64,000 nucleotides of DNA from an uncultured Alphaproteobacteria bacterium. Lineage in GTDB: Bacteria; Pseudomonadota; Alphaproteobacteria; CAAHEQ01; UBA3637. The DNA is taken from positions 43,264 to 107,263 of the forward strand of contig CALXXW010000025.1 in NCBI GenBank assembly GCA_944392785.1, given 5' to 3'. The notes below the pieces were generated by a model, which saw only the letters and a list, made by a program, of their open reading frames with translations, ran no database searches and was not told the origin of the DNA. Position 1 is the first letter of the stretch, and every line of letters begins with the position of its first letter. A program made the position numbers and the translations under genes. This document shows, one piece after another, positions 20,037-30,138 of the stretch.

Positions 20037-20050
20037 TTGAAAAATATCCA
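20037..20050. promoter_or_regulatory. FNR/CRP-like half-palindrome upstream of pflB
   Basis: TTGAA-aaat-ATCCA matches 8 of 10 positions of TTGAT-N4-ATCAA. The distance to the candidate -10 (TAATAT, 20078-20083) is not the canonical -41.5. Confidence 0.3.
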
Positions 20051-20108
20051 AAAAGAAGTATACTGCTATCCGATTGGTAATATCATTGTTAACATAGAGA
20101 GGTATAAC

Positions 20109-22361
20109 ATGTTTGAACAACTAAAAGATAACGCTGCTTGGTCCGGCTTTAATGGGGGCGAGTGGCAAACAAAAATAGATGTTGTTGACTTTATTCGTCG
20201 CAATATCACGCCATATGAAGGAGATAGTTCTTTCTTGGCCGGTCCGACCGAACGCACAACGGCTTTGTGGGCTGAAGTGTCGGAGCTGATGAAAAAGGAG
20301 ACGGCTAATAACGGATTATTAGATGCCGATGTGTCTACACCTTCCGCTATCGATGCTTATGCGGCCGGCTATATCAATAAAGACAAGGAGATTATTGTCG
20401 GGTTGCAGACAGATGCGCCGTTGAAGAGAGCTATTATGCCATATGGCGGCTATCGCATGGTGCAGGCCTCTTGTGAAGCATATGGCTTGAAAGAAGATGA
20501 AAAGGTTAAAGAGATTTTTACAAAATACCGTAAGACGCACAATGAAGGTGTTTTCCAAGCTTATACACCCGAAATCCGCGCTTGCCGTAAATCGGCTATT
20601 ATTACCGGTTTGCCGGATGCTTATGGTCGTGGTCGTATCATCGGTGACTATCGCCGGGTGGCTCTTTACGGCCTAGATGCTTTGATTGAAGAAAAACAGG
20701 CAGAAAAGGCCTCTTCTGAGCATTTGGAAATGACGGAAAAGGTTATTCGCGAACGTGAGGAGTTGTCCGAACAAATTTTGGCCTTGGAAGCCATGAAACG
20801 GATGGCCGCCAGTTATGAGATAGATATTTCTAAACCGGCTAAGACCTTTAAAGAGGCTGTTCAGGCCGTTTATTTCGGTTATTTGGCAGCGGTTAAGGAT
20901 CAAAACGGAGCCGCCATGTCACTGGGGCGTGTTTCGTCTTTCTTGGATATTTATGCCGAACGTGATTTGAAAAACGGTGTTGCTACAGAATCCGAACTCC
21001 AAGAAATCATGGATGACTTTATTATTAAACTGCGGATGATTCGTTTCTTGCGGACGCCGGAGTATAATGAACTCTTTTCGGGCGATCCGGTATGGGTGAC
21101 AGAGTCAGTCGGAGGTATGGGTTTGGATGGTCGTACAATGGTGACGAAAAACTCTTTCCGTATTTTGCATACCCTCAACAACTTAGGTCCGGCACCAGAG
21201 CCAAACTTGACCGTTTTGTGGTCAACCTCTTTGCCGGAGAACTTTAAAAAGTTCTGTGCCAAAATCTCTATCGATACGTCGTCAATCCAGTATGAAAATG
21301 ATGACTTAATGCGTCCGATGTTTGAAAGTGACGATTATGGAATTGCTTGTTGTGTGTCTCCGATGATTATCGGTCGCGAAATGCAATTCTTCGGAGCTCG
21401 GGCAAACTTGGCAAAAGCCTTGCTATACGCCATTAACGGTGGTGTTGATGAACGTCTGGGCATGAAGGTTGTTGATGGTTTTGAGCCGATCACTTCTGAT
21501 GTTTTGGATTATGATGAAGTGTGCCGGAAATTTGATGCCGTGATGACATGGTTGGCACGTACGTATGTCAGTGCTTTAAACATTATCCATTACATGCACG
21601 ATAAATACTATTATGAAAAAGCCCAGCTAGCTTTGATGAACAAAGATATCGTGCGTAAGTTGGGATGTGGTATTGCCGGTTTCTCGGTCGTTGTCGATTC
21701 GTTGTCTGCCATAAAATATGCTAAAGTCAAGCCAATTCGTAATGAAGCGGGTATAGCTGTTGACTTTGAAATTGAAGGCGACTTCCCGAAATACGGCAAC
21801 AATGATGATCGGGTTGATCAAATCGGGGTTGCTTTGGTTAAGCAGTTTATGGATAAGATTCGTCAACTGCACACCTATCGTGAGGCTGTTCCGACACAAT
21901 CCATCTTGACGATTACTTCGAATGTTGTTTATGGGAAAAAGACAGGTAATACACCGGACGGTCGTAAAGCCAATGTTCCGTTTGCACCGGGTGCAAACCC
22001 CTTGCATGGCCGCGATACAAAGGGGGCTACGGCTTCTTTGTGCTCAGTTGCAAAATTGCCGTTTGAAGATGCAAAGGACGGTATTTCCAATACCTTCTCA
22101 ATTATCCCCAATTCTCTGGGTAAAACAGAGGATGACCGTATTCACAATCTGACGGGATTGTTGGATGGATATATGTTTAAACATGGGCAACATTTGAATG
22201 TCAATGTGCTGAATCGTGAAACGTTGTTGGATGCTATGGATCATCCGGAAAAATATCCGCAATTGACGATTCGTGTCTCTGGGTATGCAGTGAACTTCAT
22301 CAAGCTGACAAAAGCACAACAGCAAGATGTGATTTCGCGGACATTCCATGAAAGCCTCTAA
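20109..22361 (+). CDS. pflB: Pyruvate formate-lyase (glycyl radical enzyme)
   Basis: Start trimmed to [11 protein letters not shown], which follows a GAGAGG RBS. Glycyl radical motif TIRVSGYAV, active-site CC (GIACCVSPM), 750 aa. Confidence 0.95.
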   Translation: MFEQLKDNAAWSGFNGGEWQTKIDVVDFIRRNITPYEGDSSFLAGPTERTTALWAEVSELMKKETANNGLLDADVSTPSAIDAYAAGYINKDKEIIVGLQTDAPLKRAIMPYGGYRMVQASCEAYGLKEDEKVKEIFTKYRKTHNEGVFQAYTPEIRACRKSAIITGLPDAYGRGRIIGDYRRVALYGLDALIEEKQAEKASSEHLEMTEKVIREREELSEQILALEAMKRMAASYEIDISKPAKTFKEAVQAVYFGYLAAVKDQNGAAMSLGRVSSFLDIYAERDLKNGVATESELQEIMDDFIIKLRMIRFLRTPEYNELFSGDPVWVTESVGGMGLDGRTMVTKNSFRILHTLNNLGPAPEPNLTVLWSTSLPENFKKFCAKISIDTSSIQYENDDLMRPMFESDDYGIACCVSPMIIGREMQFFGARANLAKALLYAINGGVDERLGMKVVDGFEPITSDVLDYDEVCRKFDAVMTWLARTYVSALNIIHYMHDKYYYEKAQLALMNKDIVRKLGCGIAGFSVVVDSLSAIKYAKVKPIRNEAGIAVDFEIEGDFPKYGNNDDRVDQIGVALVKQFMDKIRQLHTYREAVPTQSILTITSNVVYGKKTGNTPDGRKANVPFAPGANPLHGRDTKGATASLCSVAKLPFEDAKDGISNTFSIIPNSLGKTEDDRIHNLTGLLDGYMFKHGQHLNVNVLNRETLLDAMDHPEKYPQLTIRVSGYAVNFIKLTKAQQQDVISRTFHESL

Positions 22362-22383
22362 AAAAAACGTATGTTAGGTCGGT

Positions 22384-22414
22384 AAAAGCAGGGAGCTTAT
22401 CTCTCCCTGCTTTT
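22384..22414 (+). terminator. Intrinsic terminator/attenuator between pflB and pflA
   Basis: AAAAGCAGGGAG-cttatct-CTCCCTGCTTTT (8-bp GC-rich core flanked by an A/T extension). Confidence 0.6.
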
Positions 22415-22430
22415 CATGTGAAAGGAAAAA

Positions 22431-23180
22431 ATGTCAGAGAAAATAATGGGCTATATTCATTCGGTTGAAACAATGGGGGCTGTGGATGGTCCCGGATTGC
22501 GATATGTTGTCTTTATGCAAGGATGCCCGTTTCGTTGTCTGTTTTGTCATAATCCTGATACATGGCAGGTATTATCCTCACATCGTCAGTCTGTGGACAC
22601 GGTTTTGGCCGATATTTTGAAGTACCGGGATTTTTTTCGTTTCTCCGGTGGTGGCGTGACTTTATCCGGTGGAGAGCCCTTGATGCAACCGGAATTTGTG
22701 CGCGCTTTGGTCGGAGAGTTGCGAAAAGCCGGTATTCATGTCGCCATTGATACGTGCGGTTATGTGGATTTAAATGAAGATATCCAAGATATCGTTGCTC
22801 AAGCGAATTTGTTCTTATTGGATATAAAGCATTTGGATAATACCATTCATCAACAGCTGACGGGTAAACCGAATGATAAGACGTTGGCATTTCTGGATTT
22901 CTTACGGCAAAAGAAAAAACATACATGGATTCGTATTGTCTTACTTCCGGGATATAATATGGATGACGCTTATACGGCTCGGTTAATCGATTTTCTACGT
23001 CCGTATGAAAATGTGGATAAAATAGAGCTGTTGCCTTATCATGACAAAGGTAAGATAAAATGGCAAGAGTTAGGATTGACTTATCAGTTGGAACACATAA
23101 TGCCTCCCACTCAAGCGGCTGTAGAACCGATTGTAAACCGCTTGAGACAGGCCGGCTATGATGTTTTGGTTAATATGTAG
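22431..23180 (+). CDS. pflA: Pyruvate formate-lyase activating enzyme (radical SAM)
   Basis: CPFRCLFCHNPDTW cluster motif; GGGVTLSGGEP; 249 aa. Confidence 0.95.
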   Translation: MSEKIMGYIHSVETMGAVDGPGLRYVVFMQGCPFRCLFCHNPDTWQVLSSHRQSVDTVLADILKYRDFFRFSGGGVTLSGGEPLMQPEFVRALVGELRKAGIHVAIDTCGYVDLNEDIQDIVAQANLFLLDIKHLDNTIHQQLTGKPNDKTLAFLDFLRQKKKHTWIRIVLLPGYNMDDAYTARLIDFLRPYENVDKIELLPYHDKGKIKWQELGLTYQLEHIMPPTQAAVEPIVNRLRQAGYDVLVNM

Positions 23181-23580
23181 CCGCCGCTGGTTGCACTTCG
23201 GGGGGGGTCGTCGATGTGCGATGTTCTTCTGCCCGCGAGGGAGCGTTTTTCCGGTCCATGTCACGGTCCACACGCTCAAATAATTTTTCGTTCACATCGG
23301 CATAAGGATCTTCGCCGTTTAAAACCTTTTGAGTGGGGGTTAGGGTTGTTTTTAACAAACTGCCGTCTATACCGCTCTTTTGGCTTAAAGAGGCACTCTG
23401 TGTCCTGGTATATTGCAGTAATCGATAGATGTTTTGTGTGGCACGCACGCGCTGTTCATCGGGTGTGATATCTAATAACCACCAAGCCAATAAGACAAAG
23501 CAGGTCCCGTAAATAGCCAGTCGAATGGCTAAATAAATCAAACGAAAAATGGTTTTTTGTGTGAAAGAAATTAAATTCAT
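23170..23580 (-). CDS. Hypothetical membrane-anchored protein
   Basis: 136-aa ORF with N-terminal TM helices (LIYLAIRLAIYGTCFVLLAWWLL). No recognised domain. Confidence 0.4.
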   Translation of the reverse strand: MNLISFTQKTIFRLIYLAIRLAIYGTCFVLLAWWLLDITPDEQRVRATQNIYRLLQYTRTQSASLSQKSGIDGSLLKTTLTPTQKVLNGEDPYADVNEKLFERVDRDMDRKNAPSRAEEHRTSTTPPEVQPAAATY

Positions 23581-23600
23581 TTTGAAATCCTTTCTGAATA

Positions 23601-24323
23601 ATGATACTCTTCAAGAGTCACTGTAGCGAAATAAATATGATTTGTAAAGAAAAAATACTGATAATAGACGATAGAACGATACATGTTCGCCCTATTAAGG
23701 GGGCTCGAGGATTATGCCTACGATTGACTCCCAAAGGAGAAATCCGTCTTTCTGTGCCGTATTTTTGTTTGGAAAGGCAGATAAAAACATTTCTTGAAGC
23801 ACATAAAAGCTGGCTAGAGGCACACTTGAGCTGTTGCGGACCGCGTCACTTTATAGATGGGATGTCGTTTCACTTGGGGGATCTATCATTGACGATTCGG
23901 CATGTCCCTCAGGCTCGACGAGGGGTTTGGCAAGAGGGAGAGATGTTATATGTTTCGGGAGATGCCGAGTTCTTACATCGGCGTGTTTGTGGCTATGTTA
24001 AAAGAGCAACCCGTCAACTGATTCAACGGGAAATAGATCGTTTGATCCCTCGACTGCATCGATATCCGACGGGCTTCTCACTAAAAGATACATACTCTCG
24101 TTGGGGAAGTTGTTCGTCGACGGGGCATTTGAATTTTTGTTGGAAAATCGGTTTGACTCCCGGTTATGTGATAGAGTACTTGGTCGCGCATGAGCTAGCA
24201 CACTTAGAGCATATGAATCACGGACCGGCTTTCTGGGCCGCCGTGGGACAATTAACCGACCATCGAGCCGATGCCGAAATTTGGTTGCGTCGTCATGGAC
24301 GAGAGGTGCTGCAATTTGATTAA
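23601..24323 (+). CDS. YgjP-like (DUF45/M48-related) metal-dependent hydrolase
   Basis: HELAHLEHMNH zinc motif near the C-terminus and RWGSCS. A start at 23637 (MICKEK) is possible. Confidence 0.75.
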   Translation: MILFKSHCSEINMICKEKILIIDDRTIHVRPIKGARGLCLRLTPKGEIRLSVPYFCLERQIKTFLEAHKSWLEAHLSCCGPRHFIDGMSFHLGDLSLTIRHVPQARRGVWQEGEMLYVSGDAEFLHRRVCGYVKRATRQLIQREIDRLIPRLHRYPTGFSLKDTYSRWGSCSSTGHLNFCWKIGLTPGYVIEYLVAHELAHLEHMNHGPAFWAAVGQLTDHRADAEIWLRRHGREVLQFD

Positions 24324-24379
24324 AAGCGCTTGCTTTTTATGTCGGGCTCGTGTATAACTTTGCTAGAAAGAGGTAAGAT

Positions 24380-25321
24380 ATGGCGAAAAGAAACAACCTA
24401 AAAATGATTTTGACCGGTCTTGTTTGGACGGGTATTTTGGGGTGCTTGGTTCGGGTCGTTTTTCAATCAGTATTTCAGTTTGATTTAATGAATGTTCGAC
24501 AGTGGCAGGAACTTTGGTTTTCCTTTCGTTATTATCAGGCACAGATAAATATGTGGTTTATTTTATCCTTAGTGCTGATACCGTTTGTCTGGGGTATAGG
24601 GTGGTGTTTTCTTTATCGCTGGCACTGGAGTCAAATTTTACATTTGAAACGTAAAAAATACCGTTCCGTATCACCTGAAAAAGCGATTCCTGTCAAAAAT
24701 TTTACTCCGCAAAAAATAACGGTCCAAAGTGGGGCTGTCTATGGCGTGAATATCGCCGCGACAGAGGAAAGTATGTCAGAAACAACACTGTCCGAAAGCA
24801 AGACGCTCTCTTCTTTCTCGGATGAAGATGACGTTATATCCTTGTCACAGGCGTTGGCGCATTATCCGGTTGAATTATTTCCGCATATTTTACTTGAAGG
24901 AGCCTATGCAACACTGGCGATTTCAACAGATGAAAAAGCTTTGGTTATTAAAACGTTGGGCGGAGAGGTTGAGCAATGGTCTATGGATGTATCGCAGGAT
25001 TGGGAGCATGCGGATTGGTTTAATGAAAAAAGCGTGGAATCTGCTCCGGCGGCCAATATCAAACGGTTGGCCGAAGAATTAAGCAAAAGTGAAGCCGAGG
25101 CGGAAATAATACCGGCTGTGGTTGTGATGTCCGGAGAGCTGTTGAATGCTGCCGCAGCTGAGGCTTACCTGAATGACAACGGTGTTCGTTTGTTGCGCTT
25201 TGGTGCCGGCGGACCGGAAACATTGACGGATTTAATGCAGGTGATGGATGAGCTTTTTTCATCCGCCTCATCGCCCAAAGATCCGGAAAAAGAAAGTGAA
25301 GAAGAAAGGGCTTTTTCATGA
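24380..25321 (+). CDS. Hypothetical membrane protein with acidic cytoplasmic domain
   Basis: 313-aa ORF with a GAGGTAAGAT RBS and two N-terminal TM segments. No family recognised. Confidence 0.5.
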   Translation: MAKRNNLKMILTGLVWTGILGCLVRVVFQSVFQFDLMNVRQWQELWFSFRYYQAQINMWFILSLVLIPFVWGIGWCFLYRWHWSQILHLKRKKYRSVSPEKAIPVKNFTPQKITVQSGAVYGVNIAATEESMSETTLSESKTLSSFSDEDDVISLSQALAHYPVELFPHILLEGAYATLAISTDEKALVIKTLGGEVEQWSMDVSQDWEHADWFNEKSVESAPAANIKRLAEELSKSEAEAEIIPAVVVMSGELLNAAAAEAYLNDNGVRLLRFGAGGPETLTDLMQVMDELFSSASSPKDPEKESEEERAFS

Positions 25322-25839
25322 AAAATTATGCTGTTAAACACGCGGCATGGTCGCTTATGTGCCGGCAACACGGACGCTCTCGGGTGGCGTGGATATTGGC
25401 AACGTGGTTTGGGTGTGGCGTATCGCCTAAAGCGCCGGGAACGGTGGGCTCGCTGTTCTCTTTGCCGCTGGCGGTCATGGCTGTCAGGTATGGTGGTGTT
25501 ATGGGCATCATAGGGGTAGCGTTGGCTGTTTTTGTCATAGGCTGGTGGGCTATCGGTGTTGTGTTGAAAACGCAAGAAACGCATGATCCGGGATTCGTTG
25601 TGATTGATGAAACGCTGGGACAGGTTTTGACTTTTTTATTCGTTGCCATGATGCCTTTGACTATGACAGATATTATCCTCGGCTTTATCTTATTCCGTTT
25701 TTTTGATATTTTAAAGCCCATGCCGGCCTCTTTTTTTGACACCAAAGTCCGAACGGCTTTTGGGGTCATGATGGATGATGTTGTGGCTGGTTTTTATGCG
25801 GGATTATTTTTGTATTTATATCGAACACTGCTGGGTTAA
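25318..25839 (+). CDS. pgpA: Phosphatidylglycerophosphatase A
   Basis: PGTVGSLFSLPL; VIDETLGQ; FRFFDILKP; MDDVVAG. Confidence 0.8.
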   Translation: MKNYAVKHAAWSLMCRQHGRSRVAWILATWFGCGVSPKAPGTVGSLFSLPLAVMAVRYGGVMGIIGVALAVFVIGWWAIGVVLKTQETHDPGFVVIDETLGQVLTFLFVAMMPLTMTDIILGFILFRFFDILKPMPASFFDTKVRTAFGVMMDDVVAGFYAGLFLYLYRTLLG

Positions 25840-25854
25840 AGAAAGGAGAATGAA

Positions 25855-26079
25855 ATGACAGTAGAACATTTTAAACATGCCGTTGAATTGTATGCCAAAG
25901 CAAAAGGTTGGGAGCTTTCACCTTTTGCAGATAAGATTATAACACGGTGTTTAACCAAATGTGACGGATGTTGTCCTTGTGATGTGTCTCGCGGTTTTTG
26001 TCCGTGCGGAGAGCATGAAAAAGAAGTGGCCGAAATGGGGCACTGTCACTGTAATTTATTTGTCAAACCCAAGGGATAA
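25855..26079 (+). CDS. Ferredoxin-thioredoxin reductase catalytic-subunit-like mini protein
   Basis: 74 aa with CCPC-x6-CPC-x13-CHCNLF, reminiscent of the CPC...CPC...CHC Fe-S/disulfide motif of FTR beta. GGAGAATGAA RBS. Confidence 0.55.
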   Translation: MTVEHFKHAVELYAKAKGWELSPFADKIITRCLTKCDGCCPCDVSRGFCPCGEHEKEVAEMGHCHCNLFVKPKG

Positions 26080-26098
26080 CAAATGAAATAGTTAAGGA

Positions 26099-26575
26099 AT
26101 GAGTATTCTGATAGAATTATACATGCGTCTTTATCGCGGCTGGATGTCTTTTCCGGAAAAAATGCGATATTTATTCGTTGGTGGTTATAATACGGTCGTA
26201 TCCTATGCTTTATATGCCGGGATTTTGTGGCTGTTTGGCGGAAAGAGGGCGCAGCTGGCTTTGTTTTTGTCTTTTTTGATATCATCATTGAATAGTTTTT
26301 TGACGCAAAAGTGGTTTGTTTTTGGGTCTCGAGGAAGATATCTGATGGAATATGTCAAATGTTTGTTGGCTTGGGGAATCAGTTATCTGTTCAACGCTCT
26401 GATATTGGCTTTATTGATACAGATATTCAAGGTTGATCCTTATGTGGCTCAAATAGTGGCCTTGGTTTTAGTGACGGTCAACAGCTATTTGATGCTGAAA
26501 CATGTCGCGTTTCGAGCCGATGGATTGAAGCAATTATTTGCCGGTTGTTATCACAAGAAAGGAAAAAACATATGA
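26099..26575 (+). CDS. GtrA-family membrane protein
   Basis: RYLFVGGYNTVVSYALYAG, four TM helices, 158 aa. Confidence 0.75.
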   Translation: MSILIELYMRLYRGWMSFPEKMRYLFVGGYNTVVSYALYAGILWLFGGKRAQLALFLSFLISSLNSFLTQKWFVFGSRGRYLMEYVKCLLAWGISYLFNALILALLIQIFKVDPYVAQIVALVLVTVNSYLMLKHVAFRADGLKQLFAGCYHKKGKNI

Positions 26576-27498
26576 AAATCGCCGTGTTGGTGCCCTGTTA
26601 TAACGAGGAGATTTCTATTCGTCAAGTGATTAAGGATTGTCACCGCTACTTGCCGATGGCCGAGGTTTATGTGTATGATAATAATTCTCAGGATAAGACC
26701 GCCGAAATAGCCCGTTTGGCCGGTGCGCACGTTTTTTTTGAACATCATCAAGGAAAAGGCCATGTCGTGCGGCGTATGTTTGCGGATGTTGATGCCGATA
26801 TTTATGTCATGACGGATGGAGATGCGACCTATGATATAGCCAGTGTTCCGCGGATGATACGCCGTTTAGTGGATGAAAATTTAGATATGATAACCGGTGT
26901 GCGAAAAATAAAGGATGATTCCGAAAGTACGGTCTATCGTCCGGGACATCGATTCGGTAATTGGTTAATGACCCATATTGTTCATTTGTTCTTCGGGCGA
27001 CAAACAGAAGATATGCTGTCAGGGCTACGCGTTTTTTCACGTCGTTTTGTGAAGTCTTTTCCGGCAAATTCAACAGGTTTTGAAATTGAAACGGAATTAA
27101 CGGTGTTTGCCTCTTCTATGCACTTACCGCAGGCCGATTTTGAAACACCGTATTATGCGCGTCCGGCAGGGTCGCAAAGTAAGCTGTCCACGTTTAAAGA
27201 TGGCTATAAAATACTTAAAATGATTGCTCTTTTGATTAAGGAGGAACGCCCCTTATTGTTTTTTGGTCTGGGAGCGTTAGTCTTCTTTTTGTTATCGTTA
27301 GGTGCCGCCATTCCGGTTGTTATGCATTATTGGGAGACAGGGCTGGTTCCTCGTATTCCGACGACGGTTTTAGCCGTTGGCCTGGGATTATGCGGCGGTG
27401 TCAGCTTGGCTATCGCTCTGATTTTAGATACGGTTTCGAAAACAAAAAAAGAAGTGCGCCGTATGCGCTATTTATCTGTTCCTTTGATAAAAGAGTAG
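26572..27498 (+). CDS. GT2 polyprenyl-phosphate glycosyltransferase (GtrB/DPM1-like) with C-terminal TM helices
   Basis: Start trimmed to MKIAVLVPCYNEE. DNNSQDKT; MTDGDATY; two C-terminal TM segments. Confidence 0.85.
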   Translation: MKIAVLVPCYNEEISIRQVIKDCHRYLPMAEVYVYDNNSQDKTAEIARLAGAHVFFEHHQGKGHVVRRMFADVDADIYVMTDGDATYDIASVPRMIRRLVDENLDMITGVRKIKDDSESTVYRPGHRFGNWLMTHIVHLFFGRQTEDMLSGLRVFSRRFVKSFPANSTGFEIETELTVFASSMHLPQADFETPYYARPAGSQSKLSTFKDGYKILKMIALLIKEERPLLFFGLGALVFFLLSLGAAIPVVMHYWETGLVPRIPTTVLAVGLGLCGGVSLAIALILDTVSKTKKEVRRMRYLSVPLIKE

Positions 27499-27511
27499 AA
27501 AGAGGCTTGAT

Positions 27512-29470
27512 ATGTTTTCAAATTATCGGACAGTCTATTGGATTAGCTTAGTGATGAGCCTTTTCTTTTTTGCTCCTTTCTCGGTTGCTTGGTCGACCGA
27601 TGTTTGGATGCGATTTGTTCGGATTACAGAGTGGGTATCATGGGGTTTTCCGATGGGAGAGGTCCTTAGTTATGCTCAGAATGCACCATTTGGGCATGAG
27701 ATGCACTGGACACGCCCCTTGGATGTGATTGGATATTTGGGGGCCTGGCCGTTTATTCCGACATATGGGTTGAAACGGGCCATTGAACTGATGTCTTATT
27801 TTGTACCGATTTTGGTTTTTGCTGTTGGGTTACGAGGATTTTTCTATGGCGTCAAGGGGTATATAACACCGAAAGGTGCTTTTTTGGCCTTTTGGCTTTT
27901 GTTTTGGAGTGTCGGATACGTTTGGACACAATCTCAAACCGGCTATTTTGATCATCATGTGTTTCATTTTTCATTGTTGGTGTGGGTGCTTGCCCTTGTG
28001 GCACGTAGCTTTATCGTTCGCCGAAAACAGATGTTGATGATAATCGCCGGTATTTTAACCGCTTTGGGAACGTGGATAACGGCAGAGTTTTTTATCAATA
28101 GCTACATTGTGCTAACACCCTTTATGATGACGTGGTTGTTATACCACAAGTCGTTAAAGGCCCCTTTAATTTATACGGTTTCTTATACATTCACCTTGTT
28201 GGTGGCGATGATATGGGATCATCCTTTGTCCGGTTTTATGACGCTGGATTTGTATCGCGCTTCGATGTTTCATGTGGTGTTGGGCGGTATGAATAGTGTG
28301 GCTTTGCTCATTCTGCATATGATGCGTCCTTGGCTTTCCCGCGTTTTATCCCGTTTGATCTGGGGCGGAGTGATGGCAGCGGTGTATATCAGTATCTTAT
28401 TGGGGGTATTCACGGATGTGCTGATCGTCCCGATGACAGATCCTTTTTTATATCATGTTTGGGTTAAAAAAGTCGGAGAAATGCAACCTATTTGGCATGA
28501 TTGGGTATGGTGTATTACACAGATTTTTGTGCCGGTGGTGATGGGATTATGGGGGCTTTTTACCGTTATTCGAGCACCGCGGCGTAAGCATACCCGCTTG
28601 TTGTTGTTGACGACGACGGGACTGATATTTTATGCGTTGTTGATGATCTTGCATATACGCACAGGAGTCAGTGTGAATGCTTTCTTTATTTTTACCGGAG
28701 CGCTTTTCTTTTACGATGTCTTTTTCCCGCGGGAAAAATCACGGCGCTATACCTTGTTTTTTGTTTTACTGTATTTGTTGTTTATGGGGGCTCATACACG
28801 TGGGACCGGACTTGTTATCGCCTTTAAAATATGGGGCGTCAATCATTATCTGGAATTGTATGAAAACAATCCGGATGTTTCGATTCCTTCCTATTTTCGG
28901 GAAGAGTTTGAATCCATTATTCAAAACAGAAAGAGAGATAAACCGGCCTCTGAGAAAAAGGAGACTCGGAACACATCCCTTTCTTTAAATGAAAAGATGG
29001 CTAATGATCATGATTTTCAGTGTTCCGTTTTCCCCAAAAGTATCCGAGAAAAAATCATTCAAGATAGACAAAACGGCGTTTTGCTGACGGATATTTTTGA
29101 TGCGCCTCAAATTGTTTGGGAAACGGGAAAACCCGTCTTGGGCGGGCCCTATCATACCAACATATCGGGGCTGACGGACTTAACGATGATTTTTTTGGAT
29201 CAACCTCCTTATGAACGCGCGCGTCAGTTGGTACAAAAACGAGGCATTACACAAGTTTATTTGACAAATCCCCGGTGTCAAAATTATTGGTTATCGTCTC
29301 ATACGCAAAAGGATTCAGAGTGGAAGCCCGAGCGCTTTTTCTTCTATGCCGTTTACTATGATATGCCAGAGGCTCCGGATTGGCTCAAACTGGAGTATGA
29401 AGATTCAAAAACAAAAGCCAAGCTGTTTCGGGTCTCTTTTCCGGATCAAGTTAACAAAGAAATAAAATAG
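27512..29470 (+). CDS. Polytopic GT-C-type glycosyltransferase candidate
   Basis: 652 aa with ~12 TM helices followed by a soluble C-terminal domain. It follows the GtrA and GtrB-like genes (three-component periplasmic glycosylation layout). The family was not resolved by eye. Confidence 0.55.
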   Translation: MFSNYRTVYWISLVMSLFFFAPFSVAWSTDVWMRFVRITEWVSWGFPMGEVLSYAQNAPFGHEMHWTRPLDVIGYLGAWPFIPTYGLKRAIELMSYFVPILVFAVGLRGFFYGVKGYITPKGAFLAFWLLFWSVGYVWTQSQTGYFDHHVFHFSLLVWVLALVARSFIVRRKQMLMIIAGILTALGTWITAEFFINSYIVLTPFMMTWLLYHKSLKAPLIYTVSYTFTLLVAMIWDHPLSGFMTLDLYRASMFHVVLGGMNSVALLILHMMRPWLSRVLSRLIWGGVMAAVYISILLGVFTDVLIVPMTDPFLYHVWVKKVGEMQPIWHDWVWCITQIFVPVVMGLWGLFTVIRAPRRKHTRLLLLTTTGLIFYALLMILHIRTGVSVNAFFIFTGALFFYDVFFPREKSRRYTLFFVLLYLLFMGAHTRGTGLVIAFKIWGVNHYLELYENNPDVSIPSYFREEFESIIQNRKRDKPASEKKETRNTSLSLNEKMANDHDFQCSVFPKSIREKIIQDRQNGVLLTDIFDAPQIVWETGKPVLGGPYHTNISGLTDLTMIFLDQPPYERARQLVQKRGITQVYLTNPRCQNYWLSSHTQKDSEWKPERFFFYAVYYDMPEAPDWLKLEYEDSKTKAKLFRVSFPDQVNKEIK

Positions 29471-30138
29471 TCACGCAGTTTGGGTAATTCTTGCCCCAAA
29501 GCATGATGACGTAAAAAATAGCCCGTCAGTTGCAGGCTGGCGCGTATATCATGAATGTCGGCTGCCGCCTTGGGTTGCCACAAGAAAGCCGGTAAAGGCA
29601 ATAGTTTATCATGGTAAGGCAGGCCTTTTTCTCGACTGATGGCTCGCCCTGTTTTAGGAGAAATATAGGCCAAATTTTTTCTGTCTCCCCCTCCGGCACA
29701 TGCTGTCATGTCCAGTCCAAAACCCAAAGCCTCTAAAAGCGTTAATTCCAATAGGGCATAATTTCTGAGAAATGCGTCACACTCCAGTGTATGGATAAAG
29801 GTATACACATGTTGATATATATCTTCAAAGACTTGTCTTTCCGGCAATAATCGATCCAATAAAGCACATAAAGCCGCTAAACAGGCCAGTCGTTTGGCAT
29901 CATCTAAAAAGAGAGCGCTGGTGTTCTTTTTTTCCTCTAAAAAGAAACGTCCCATCTGTTCACTCAGTCGCGCTTGCCAGCGTGCATGAACCCAGGTTCC
30001 CACATCCGGCGGCCTGCGCGTCTGGATAACACCGCTATGACGCCCGTGCTCTTGTGTTAAAAGAGTGATAATATAGGATCGTTCACCTAAGGGCCTGAAC
30101 GATAAAACCAAGGCGTTTTCGGTTTTAAAATCAGGCAT
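29446..30138 (-). CDS. recO: DNA repair protein RecO
   Basis: Start trimmed to MPDFKTENALVLSFRPLGE. Its position downstream of era fits, and its start overlaps the era stop. Confidence 0.8.
   Translation of the reverse strand: MPDFKTENALVLSFRPLGERSYIITLLTQEHGRHSGVIQTRRPPDVGTWVHARWQARLSEQMGRFFLEEKKNTSALFLDDAKRLACLAALCALLDRLLPERQVFEDIYQHVYTFIHTLECDAFLRNYALLELTLLEALGFGLDMTACAGGGDRKNLAYISPKTGRAISREKGLPYHDKLLPLPAFLWQPKAAADIHDIRASLQLTGYFLRHHALGQELPKLRDYFISLLT

Noticed and set aside
20037-20108. TTG-initiated 24-codon extension of pflB
   Set aside because: PflB homologs begin at the MFEQLK-type N-terminus. The extension overlaps the FNR-like site and the RBS.
25165-25769. Antisense ORFs (25165-25584 and 25326-25769, minus strand; 25328-25513, plus strand) across pgpA
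   Set aside because: These are shadow ORFs of the well-supported pgpA and the upstream gene. They have no RBS and an Arg/Pro-rich composition.
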